This document shows positions 10,951 to 21,316 of a stretch of DNA of 34,547 bases, piece after piece (position 1 is the first letter of the stretch; every line of letters starts with the position of its first letter). Source of the stretch: Octopus bimaculoides. Its lineage: Eukaryota. Under the pieces are notes generated by a model. The model searched no databases, had not been told where the DNA came from, and was given only the letters and a program-made list of their open reading frames with translations. Location of the stretch: the NCBI RefSeq assembly GCF_001194135.2, contig NC_068982.1, forward strand, positions 167,139,518 through 167,174,064, read 5' to 3'. Both the position numbers and the translations under genes were made by a program.

Positions 10951-12569
10951 AGATTACTGTGTATTGAATAGCAAAAATAGATTGTGAAATATAAAAAATC
11001 CAGTGGCGTATAAACCACTTCAGTGAATCTCTGCCATATATCTTTCTCCTTCAAAGAACTTGTTAGACCAAAGTTTGTTGGTAGATTTATCTACATCCTT
11101 ATTTTACTCTGTGTGTGTATATATGGTACCAAAAAAAAAAGTATTTAGTGCTGAATGTAAGCTTATGTTGAAAATGTATAGATGGTTATTTGTACCACGA
11201 CACATGTGATAGAGTCAACTCGAAAACGTGACATTCTTAACCCGCAACACACTAATCACCAGCTGTTTGTCTTGACATGGTTTTTTTTTTATGTGTGCGT
11301 GAATGGGGAAGGGGGGTTTTTAATGCTTTGATTCAGTGCATTACTGTTATCACGAGTGCTGTGTGATACAGATTACCGCGAGTTTTCGGACCCGGTTTCA
11401 ATTCACAATTTGAATTCATTTGTTAGAGATCTTGAGAAGTTAGTATTGCGACATGTCGTGTACTCTCTCTCTCTCGCAAAGAATTCGTGACTAAGAAAGA
11501 AATTGTAACTATAACCACGATTTATTTTTGAACTTTCAAATATCTTTTGTTACTTTTTTTCTTTCTGTAGAAGTAAAATTATGTTGAGTAACTGAAGGAA
11601 CTGTTCAGAGTTTTACATATAAATTGGTCAGCAGGAAATTACATAGAATTTGTATTTCAATTTTTATCTCTTGTCCAACTTAGATGTACTATTCTTTTCA
11701 AAAGTATGTATGAGTAGCAATTCTAGATGTGTAAATTTGGTGAGTTATGCCCCCCTTATTTCAGTTGAGACTTGATACTTTTGTTTTCTTTGCAAAATAA
11801 TGATTCTGTTTCTTTTACTCTGTTCTGCAACTCTTCTAATGGAAGCACTTGCACTCTCTTCATTTGACTTAGACTTTTGAAGTCATTGACGTTTAAGGAA
11901 GGAAGGTCCTGTATTGAATATCGATCGCGTTGCATGAAATCTACCCGTTTAATAATTATATTTGAAACGAAGCTAACAAGTGTCTGCTCGCTCTTCTTCG
12001 TCACGTTGAATACTATAATAATGATGATCATCTAAGTAGTAAAAGTTGACTAACGATTTGGCACGGTTTTCACTTCTGACTCTACTTCTTTTAAACAAAA
12101 ATCGAGTTACTATAACAAGTGTGATTATTTTGACTAATTCTAGCTACAGAACTTGTGAAGTTTCAATTTATAACTTCTTTAGGGTTGATTATTTTTGTAA
12201 GATATATCAAGAAATTTGATTTAATCGTTATCAAAAGTAGTAATATGGGAAATTAGTGTTATTAGGTTAATGTGAAGTGCTTAAAATTCATAGATACAGA
12301 CAAAATGTTTACACCAGAAATTGTGGTGGAATTGGTGTTGAAGAATTTTAACTAACCCCCCCCCCCCCAAAAAAAACAAAAAATTGGTTCTCAGATTTAT
12401 AATATGATTCTTATATTGGAATTTTCTCTTTGAATGAAAAGCAGACTGATACGTGTATGCAAAGTACACGATTGCATGCTAGTGAAACTTGGGCATTGAA
12501 TGAAGAGAAAGTATAAAGACTGGTATGTCATGAAGTTTGGATTTTTGAACTGGTTTGTGTGTAATCTTA

Positions 12570-12860
12570 ATGTTTAAGGACAACAGAGCAGAAGTGAGTT
12601 GAAGAAAAGACTGGATTTAAGAGAAATTGGATATAATGAGTGGAAACTGTTGGTACAGATGTGATACTAAAAGAGTGTGACAGCTGGGTAAAGAAATGCC
12701 AAGCAATCCATGTGGGACATTCATGTTGAAGACTGAGACATGGGATAAAGTGGTAAAAGCCGACTGCAAGAGGCTGAACCTCACAACAGAGGTAACAAAG
12801 AACCACACTAAATGGTGTGGTACAGAAAACATGCGATCATGGAAAAGTGGATCTAAAATG
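12570..12860 (+). mobile_element. Degenerate RTE ORF2 C-terminus with a short 3' tail
   Basis: Translates WVKKCQAIHV and, after a frameshift, TWDKVVKADCKRLNLTTEVTKN (the RTE KTWxxxVxxDxxxLxL motif). Ends catggaaaagtggatctaaaatg. Confidence 0.75.
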
Positions 12861-13594
12861 GTTTAATATCTCCAGTTTAGAATAGATTAATGAAAAATTG
12901 CCAGTTTAAATATTTTAAAGGTGTTTTGAAATATATTTTTGTTGTTAGGGGAAACACACTTTGCCAGAATTTGTGACAAAAGTGGTCTCGCAGTGTTTCA
13001 TTTCCATTTCTGATTTTCTTCATTTCATGTGTTCACCAACTAGAATCAAGACTGCTGATGGCTTATCTTTCTACATATAAAAGACAGTTACTGTGTGAAA
13101 TTTGGATAGAGTATAACAAACTACAAAATTCCTCTGGGTAGCACATAAAGGAAAGCTCTTTGAAAGGTTCTCAGACTTTAAATTGAACAGCATTTGAGAT
13201 AGAATTCTCTAATTTATCTTGGATAATATAAAGTTTTTTCAATGATCAAATAGCTCAAATTGGAATTATTTACAAACCAATCCTCAGGTATTTTATTGTT
13301 TATGGAAGAATAAAATATCAAATATTTAAGGATTAACTATTTCTAATTTGTCTACATCAACACATGAAATGGTCTTGTTCATATTACTTATAAATATGTT
13401 GTTTCAGTTCTTTTGACATAAGCAATAGAATATGAAAGAATTATCTTAATCTAAGAAATGGTTCTTGTTTGGTTTTTTTCTTTACTCTTCTTGTACTTTA
13501 TCCATGTTTGTCCAATGAAATGAAATTTGTAAAATAATTTTACTGCATAGTTGTTTCCAAATTTGAAAAGGGAAGCTTTTCTGCATAATCTCAC

Positions 13595-13969
13595 CATCAT
13601 TCAGCATCCACTTTTCCATGCTTGCAAAGCTTAAATAGAATTTGTTAAGGCAAATTTTCTATAGCCTGATTCCCTTCCTGTTGCTAACCCTCACCTGTTT
13701 CCAAACTAGGTAGTAGTTCCCCATAGCCTGACATTTTTCATGGAAGACTAGAAGCAAACATCCTTGCTTTTATGATACTCATTTACAACCATCAGGTGAT
13801 GTCTTGACATTGGTATACACACACACACACAACAGACTTCTTTCAGTTTCCACCTTCTAAATTCACTCATAAGGCTTTGAGTAGCTTGGGGATATTGTAG
13901 AAGACGCTTGCCCAAGATGCTGTGCAGTGGGACTGAATCCAAGACTGCATGGTTGGAGAGCAACCATAC
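13595..13969 (-). mobile_element. tRNA-derived SINE with an RTE-like 3' tail, near full length
   Basis: Tail catcattcagcatccacttttccatgcttgc, middle (CA)n, CORE-like cttgcccaagatgc, B box gggactgaatcc. Confidence 0.82.
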
Positions 13970-13970
13970 G

Positions 13971-14300
13971 GTGGTATGGTCAAAGAGTTTGCTTTTCAGC
14001 CATATGGTTTTCAGTTCAGTCCCACTGTGTGGCACTTAGATAAGTGGATTTGGCAAATACAAGCAAGCCCATTTTGTAAGTATATGTGTGTTTCTTTGTC
14101 TTGACCTCATGTAATAATTGTAAGTGAGCACCAGTGTAATTTGTTTCCAGTCTTCTGTGAAAACATGTTTGGCCTGGGGAAAATATTACCTTACTCAAAA
14201 AACAGCTGGGAGTTGGCAACAGGAAAAGCATCCAGTCATAGAAAATCTGCCTCAATGAATTCACTTGTCTGATCCATGGAAAAATGGACATTAAAATGAT
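13971..14300 (+). mobile_element. tRNA-derived SINE with an RTE-like 3' tail, head-to-head with the previous copy
   Basis: gtggtatggtcaaagag (A box region), cagttcagtccc (B box), ggcacttagataagtg, then ggagttggcaacaggaaaagcatcc...catggaaaaatggacattaaaatgat tail. Confidence 0.8.
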
Positions 14301-14532
14301 ACACACACACAATCTTTCTGTCTCTCTCTCTCTCTCTCACATTTCACACACACACACGTTTGTGTTTATATACTCTTATCAGCAGTTTAGTTACTATTAT
14401 ACATTATTTTAGAAAGAATACAGTTTGAGTAATTGCCTCCTGATCTTATGGTTATTTAACCAGTTAACTGAAAAATAGTATTTAGATTTGGTTTGTACTT
14501 TAAATGAAGTAAATATATTGGAAATTTGGCAT

Positions 14533-14918
14533 ATCATCATCATCGTTTAACGTCCGCTTTCCATGCTAGCATGGGTTGGACGATTTGACTGAGGACTGGT
14601 GAAACCGGATGGCAACACCAGGCTCCAATCTAATTTGGCAGAGTTTCTACAGCTGGATGCCCTTCCTAACGCCAACCACTCAGAGAGTGTAGTGGGTGCT
14701 TTTACATGTCACCCGCACGAAGGCCAGTCAGGCGGTACTGGCAACGGCCACGCTCGAAATGGTGTCTTTTATGTGCCACCCGCACAAAAGCCAGTCCAGG
14801 GGCACAGGCAACGATCTCGCTCGAAAACCCTACGAAGGCCAGTCAGGCGGCACTGGCAATGGTCACGCTCAAAATGGTGCATCTTATGTGCCACCCGCAC
14901 AAGAGCCAGTCCAGGGGG
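14533..14918 (-). mobile_element. Young 5'-truncated RTE copy (3' UTR only) with internal 67/48-nt tandem units
   Basis: (CAT)n tail, ccatgctagcatgg palindrome and ggatgcccttcc block. Internal units are homologous to the 3' UTR attached to RTE ORF2 at 18668-19690. CpGs are largely intact. Confidence 0.85.
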
Positions 14919-15056
14919 GGTAATACTGATATATCAAAATTTACTGCGGTGAAGTTTAAGTGACACTCTTTCATACATATTATTATGCACACATGTTTTT
15001 CAGGCTGATTAAGATGTATATATAAAGTACATTAAATGAATCTCATAAATTTTAGC

Positions 15057-15241
15057 TTAACCCTTCAGCATTTAAACCAGCCATTAACCAGATCCAACCT
15101 CTCACACCTACCTTACAATGATGGTCTAAAAATATATGGTCGCATAATTGAAATCTGAAGGCTACAAGATAATGTAGGATGAATTCAAAGCAATGTGAAT
15201 AATTGTTGCATTTGATATAAATCTGAATGCTAAAGGGTTAA
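15057..15241. mobile_element. piggyBac-like MITE (family A)
   Basis: TTAA TSDs at 15057-60 and 15238-41. TIRs CCCTTCAGCATT / AATGCTAAAGGG (11 of 12 match). Body is homologous to the copies at 18258 and 29179. Confidence 0.85.
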
Positions 15242-17321
15242 AATGCTCAAATATTATTAAATATCCGTTGTTATTCAGTTTTATTGGAGTATTGATTGCA
15301 TGGTGATAGGTGTACCATTTGGTATGGTGGTGATGCAGAAACAAAATGAATAGGCTCGCTCAAGTAAGAACTGAGTCAGTCACTTTTTGGAAAATTTCAA
15401 TATAAATCTGATTAGGACTAACTTCACCCAAATGATAGATAAAGGACTTTGTACAAGTCAGCTTAGAGACAATTTTTTTCAGGGTCTTGTTTGTCTCCCT
15501 AAGAGAGGATGGGAACATGGCTGAACAAGACTCAGTTAAATGAGTAATGTGAATGCGTAGTGCTAGTGTTATTTGTTTTAATTGAAATTAATATAGTTGT
15601 CTTTTATAGACTTTGTCATTTGTAGTGTGAATGTCCTTAACTATAATGACTGCAAATAATAGCTTGTAATTTTCTAGAAAGTCTATTTTAGTCTAAACTT
15701 CTGTTGGCCATTAAATACATCTAGTTGTAGTTTTAGCCATTCGCCTAGTCTGGATCTGAATAATTTTTATGAGACTGAGAATAGATGGAGCTTTTTGTTT
15801 TTGTAGCTGAAAGTGTCTAAGAATCTAAGGTAGGGGAGGAAACCAAACAGGAAAACAAAGATTGATTAGAATTAAATTAAGCTAAATTCTAAAATGTTTT
15901 CTTTTTTTTTTTTTACTTATTCTGCTCATTTAAAGTTATAGCTCCTGATGTAATGGAGCAAACTAAGTAAAATCATCAAATAATTTAATGTAGTTCATTT
16001 ATTGCTAATATTGAACTCTGTTTTATATTATTAAGCAGTCACATCACTACAGACAGGATTTTTGCTTTTTCCTTCCATTTGTTTGTTGGAATATGAGGAC
16101 ATCATTGTAAACTAGGGGCAATATTAACTCTCGAATATTTTTTTCACTTTATTTTACAAGCTATTGTAGAAAATAAAATTACTCCATTAATTTTCTTATT
16201 CATCAAATGTCATTAGAAATTTTCTATGTGTTTCTCAAACACTCCAAAAATGTTATAAGTATTCAAATTAGGTTAATTTTTACAGGTTTTATTTCATATT
16301 TTATTTTTAATGTCTAAGATAGTCTGAATGATATATAATGGTAGTTAGTTTTAAAGATTTTGGCACCAGCTTTGCCATTTATCTGTCTAGAGATCAATAT
16401 TTTAAATATCAGTAAGGAACTAGAGTTCGTTATGTTTATTGTAGAGGGACTTGGGCTTGTCTAATATAAAACAAAACAAAAAAATAATTTTATATTCTAG
16501 AATATGTAGAATACCTATTTCTTTTAATTATTTGTAAGTCTTTTCACTGATCAGTTTTAAAAAAGTATAGGTAGAATATAGATATGCTACTAGCTGTGGC
16601 AAAGTTTAATTTTCTGGTTTATAGATCAAAATTGAGATGGATCTCTTAAGCCATTGAGCAGCTGGTATAATACCAGTATTGCTTGTGGTTGGATGTACCT
16701 TGACACATTTGGTTGCTTGCTAATGAGCTACATAACTTTGCCCTTTCACCAACACAAATAAATGGGTGTATTTTCCTTGAGGTTCTTGCTTGTAAATGGA
16801 ATCAAACTAACCGAACAGTGCATGTTAAATCAAAAGAAATCAAATGGATAGGAAGTAAAACATTTATTTCCTTTTGAACTTATTTAGATATTGTTTATAT
16901 TTTAATTCGTTTATTTGTTTTTGTCTGCAATTATCTTCTTTCTTATACATATTCTCTATTCCCCCGACCCTTTTTCTTCAATTTTTAATGTAATAATACG
17001 AGGGCTTGGCTTTGTGGTGAGCCATTAACTGCAAAATAAATACTATTGTAAACATGGAAAATGTTCATTACATTGTTTTTTTTGTTTTTTTTTATCTATA
17101 TAAAGTCTTAATAATTGAAAAATTTATCTTGCTGTAAAATAGCTTTTAAAAAACAATTAGAAATATTTTGGGATTTGCAGAACTATATGATGGTAGCTTT
17201 AATAATTGAAATGGACTCTAAACTTTGGTTTTTATAGAATACTGGCTAGTTTCTTTGCATGTACAGGTAAAAATAATTTATTCAACAACTGGTTACAGTA
17301 AAATAGGTTCAGATTTTATTT

Positions 17322-17530
17322 ATATCATCATTTTCCATGATGGTATGGGCTGGATGATTTGACAGGAGCTGGTAAGCCAAAGGACTGCACCAAGCTCTAC
17401 TGTCAGCTTTAGCATAGTTTCTATGACTAGATGCCCATCTAATGTCAACCACTTCACTGAGTGTACTGGGTGTGTTTTACATGGCACCAGCATTGTTGAG
17501 ATCACCAATTAACTTGCAAGACAGACCCTT
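17322..17530 (-). mobile_element. Older RTE-tail non-autonomous element
   Basis: atcatcattttccatgatggtatgggctggatg...gactgcaccaagctc...gatgcccatctaatgtcaacc. Confidence 0.65.
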
Positions 17531-18034
17531 CAACTGAGAAGGAGGGATGATATTGAGGGAAGTGATTTTGTCAAGTTTTCCTTTGACGATGTTAATCACA
17601 AGCCAGTTTTATTTTTGGGGGTAGTTTTTGTTTTTACTATTGGATTCTCTTTATGCTACTAACCAATCTACCCTGAAATAATGAGTGAAGTTTGATTTTT
17701 TTGCTCAGCCTGACAAATTTAGGGTATGTAGTTGTCACTGCTTGTGCACTACTCAAATGGTTTTGTAACTATGTGATCAGCAGTCTTTTATGTAATGTAA
17801 TTATATTTGAAGCATAGGTACATGAAATGTTCTATTTTCCTCATCTTGGGTGATCATAATCAATGGTACTGACAGGTTTTGACTGGCTACCTCTAATATA
17901 TATATACATGTGTATGTGCCTGATCCTGAGTAACAGTCAAATGAAAGTTCTGTGATCAATTCCTATCCTGACTTGAGCAGAAATATCTTTTCTTAAGACA
18001 GTCAGTGTCAACTCATCAAAATGAGCCAGTCATT

Positions 18035-18238
18035 CCCACTGTCTTTTCATGCTGGCATGGATCGTTTGATTTGACTGGATCTGGCGAGCCACATGACTGC
18101 ATTTTGCTCCAGTGTCAGCTTTGGTGTCGTTTCTACAACTGAATGCCCTTTCTAATGCCAAACACTTTACAGTATGTTCTGGGTGTTTTTTTCATGCCAC
18201 TGGCACTAGTGAGGTTGCCAAGTAACTTGCAAGACAGG
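18035..18238 (-). mobile_element. Older RTE-tail non-autonomous element
   Basis: cccactgtcttttcatgctggcatgg...gaatgcccttctaatgccaaac...aacttgcaagacag; same family as 17322. Confidence 0.65.
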
Positions 18239-18257
18239 AAAATCAGTATCTAAGATT

Positions 18258-18472
18258 TTAGCCCTTTAGCATTTAGATTACCCTGTCAAATGTAATGCTT
18301 ATTTATTCATATTATTTTCAGTTAATCATACATTATCTAGTAGCTTTAAGATTTCAATGATGTGATTGTATATTTTTAGAATGACATTGCAGGGTAGTTG
18401 TGAGTGGCCTGATCTGTTCAATTTCAACATAAAACTGGTAGGATATGGCTGGTTTGAATGCTAAAGAGTCAA
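18258..18472. mobile_element. piggyBac-like MITE (family A), opposite orientation to the 15057 copy
   Basis: ttag-CCCTTTAGCATT ... AATGCTAAAGAG-tcaa. The TSDs have decayed; the internal sequence is the reverse complement of 15061-15237. Confidence 0.8.
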
Positions 18473-18565
18473 AGCATTCAACATGAGGAAAATAGCCGAA
18501 ATAAAGCATTTTGTGTGGATTATTTCTAAAGATTGGTAGCAATACATGCTGAAAAAAAGAACTGG

Positions 18566-18567
18566 TG

Positions 18568-18598
<31 letters not shown>
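18566..18598. repeat. (TA)n microsatellite
   Basis: Direct reading. Confidence 0.9.
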
Positions 18599-18667
18599 TG
18601 AGCATGGCCATTGCTAGTACTGCCTGGGTGTGGCCGTTGCCAGTACTGCCTGACTAGCCCTCGTGCC

Positions 18668-19690
18668 GGAGGCTGCACCAGGCTCAATCTGATCTGGCAA
18701 AGTTTCTACAGCTGGATGCTCTTCCTAACACCAACCACTCCGAGACACCAGCACGAGTGTCAGTCAGGCGGTTCTGGCAACGACCACGTTCAAAAAGGTG
18801 TTTTTTACGTGCTACCTGCACAGGAGCCAGTCTGGCGGCACTGGCAACAACCATGCTCAAATGGTGCTTTTCATGTGCCACCAGCAAGGGAGCCAGTCCA
18901 TGGCCCTGACAATGATCACGCTCGGATGTGCCTTTAACGTTCCACTGGTACAGTGCCAATCAGGAAGTACTGCGTCAGCGATTTTGATTTGTTTTCACTT
19001 GCCTCAATAGGTCTTCGCAAGCAAAGTTTGTCCAATGAATGAGGGTATTCACAAGTGGGCTGGTTACACCCACTGGCATAGGCCATGGGCCATGGTCTCA
19101 CTTGGCTTGTCGGGTCTTCTCAAGCACAGCATATCTCCAAAGGCCTCGGTCACTTGCCATTGCCTCAGTGAGGCCCAATGTTCGAAGGTCATGCTTCACC
19201 ACCTCATCCCAGGTTTTCCTGGTTCTACCTCTTCCACAGGTTTCCTCAACTGCTAGGGTATGACACTTTTTCACACAGCTATCCTCATTCATTCGCAACA
19301 CATGACCTTACTAGCGCAGTCATCTCTCTTGCACATCACATCTGATGCTTCTTAAATACAACTTTTCTCTCAGGGTGCTTACACTGTTGTGTATGCACAC
19401 TGACATTACACATCCAGCAGAGCATACTGGCTTCATTCTTTGCAAGCTTACGCATGTCATCAACAGTCACTGCTATGTAGCATGGCTGTTCATACACATG
19501 CATCATATAGTCTATCTTTTACTTTGAGCAAGAGACCCTTTGTCACCAGCAGAAGTAGGAGGTCTCTGAACTTTGCCCAGGCTATTCTTATTCTAGCAGC
19601 TACACTTTCAGAGCATCCACCCCTGCTACTGACTTGGTCCCCTAGGTAATGGAAGCTATCAACTACTTGTAGTTTTTCTCATAACCACCC
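18668..19690 (-). mobile_element. RTE-clade LINE: ORF2 C-terminal region (broken frame) plus a long 3' UTR
   Basis: The minus strand gives EKLQVVDSFHYLGDQVSSRGGCSESVAARIRIAWAKFRDLLLLLVTKG (from 19678) and CGRGRTRKTWDEVVKHDLRTLGLTEAMASDRGLWR (supplied ORF 19098..19301). Both are RTE-type. A stop and frameshifts lie between them. Confidence 0.92.
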
Positions 19691-20300
19691 ACACACCTAC
19701 CTTAAAAATATCACACAAATCAACATTTTTGATTTGTGCCTAGCTCTGAAACAGAAATATGTCTGTGACATTCATGTTTTCCCAAGATAAATTCCAAATG
19801 TGACTTGAAGACAAATTTGTAGAATTAATTTGTTACTTTAGTATTCATATATTGTTTTACCACAATATTTTCTCAACTTTTATTGAAATATATTGTAGTT
19901 CTATATTTTTGTTCAATCAGTATATTCACAGAGAAGGCCGATAGCATTTATTTGATGGAGATGGTTAGTGGAACCCAAAGCTCTTGTTATTAGACCATAA
20001 AACATTAGATCACAGTTTGGTAGTCCTAAGTTCAACTCCATTATACATTATATTATGTTGTATTCATTATACTGTTGAACTTATTTGTGTTTTATTTTGC
20101 CTGTGGGAATAGATGAATTGCTCACAATCCCAAGGTGCTCTCTCTTTCTCCCCCTGGCTCTCATCTTTTTTTTCCCTTTCTTTTCCTAGTCTTTCCTCTA
20201 GTATCTGACAAAATGTTATAACTTTTTTTCCTTAATATTAACTGTTAACATCTCCTGTATTTTTGTCTTGTTATTTGTATTTGCTTTGCTTTATGTGTAT

Positions 20301-20460
20301 CATCATCATCATCATCATCATCATCATCGTTTAACGTCCGCTTTCCATGCTAGCATGGGTTGGACGATTTGACTGAGGACTGGTGCAACCGGATGGCTAC
20401 ACCAGGCTCCAATCTAATTTGGCAGAGTTTCTACAGCTGGATGCCCTTCCTAATGCCAAA
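20301..20460 (-). mobile_element. Young RTE 3' end with a (CAT)9 tail
   Basis: Nearly identical to 14535-14675; only a handful of substitutions are visible by eye. Confidence 0.88.
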
Positions 20461-20469
20461 CGTGTATAT

Positions 20470-20660
20470 ACATATCATTATGTCCACTTTCCTGTTTGCA
20501 TGGGTCACATGGAATTCTTTGAGGCAGATTTCTGTATGGCCAAATGCCCTTCTTGTCACTAACCCTCATCTGTTTCCAAGCAAGATATTTCCCTCATGTC
20601 CAGATATGTTTTCCTCTGAAAAATGGAAATGAACAACATTGCATGTATGTTGGTAATAAT
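20470..20660 (-). mobile_element. SINE 3' half (RTE-like tail type)
   Basis: catatcattatgtccactttcc...gaggcagatttctgtatggccaaatgcccttcttgtcactaaccctcatctgtttccaagcaag matches 13595-13750. Confidence 0.75.
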
Positions 20661-21201
20661 GATGATTGTGTATGTGGGTGAGATCTAGGCTTGAAGTTAT
20701 GTACAAGCTACATCCATGTCATTATGTGCTAAGCTTCTCATATAAAGAACTTAAGTAAATTGAGCTGGAATGGCTATTTAATATTTACACAATTTAGTTA
20801 ATGTCTATTACAGGCACATTGAAGGAAGCCAGCTCTAAATTACGTGTAGTCAACTTGAATAAATGCTTCTTCTGTCACTAATCTACATTGAAACCTAATT
20901 AAAAATTATAATCTGCATTCCTCATTGTTAAGTAGTTCAGTGGTGAATGGAAGAGCTATGGTTGTCTTAGACTATGGATTGTCTCTTGTGGGTATCATCA
21001 CATTGAGTTCTTTGATATGTTACTTCACAGGTTTGTCTATTTTAGTTAATTTAAATGGCTATTATATAGATAGACATTAAACTTTATTATTTTTTGTGGA
21101 ATTCAGATTTTTTTTAAAATTAAGAACTTTTAACATTTTGAACGGTTTAATTTTTTTACTATCTAAATTGTTTTTTGAATAAAGATAATCCTTTTTGTAT
21201 G

Positions 21202-21316
<115 letters not shown>

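Noticed and set aside
14723-14918. CRISPR-like array of palindromic repeats
   Set aside because: The spacers are homologous to each other, there are no cas genes, the context is eukaryotic, and the same units are attached to an RTE ORF2 at 18759-18975. It is a LINE 3' UTR repeat.
14599-14963. Three overlapping + strand ORFs, similarly 18611-19263
   Set aside because: These are antisense readings of the GC-rich RTE 3' UTR repeats.
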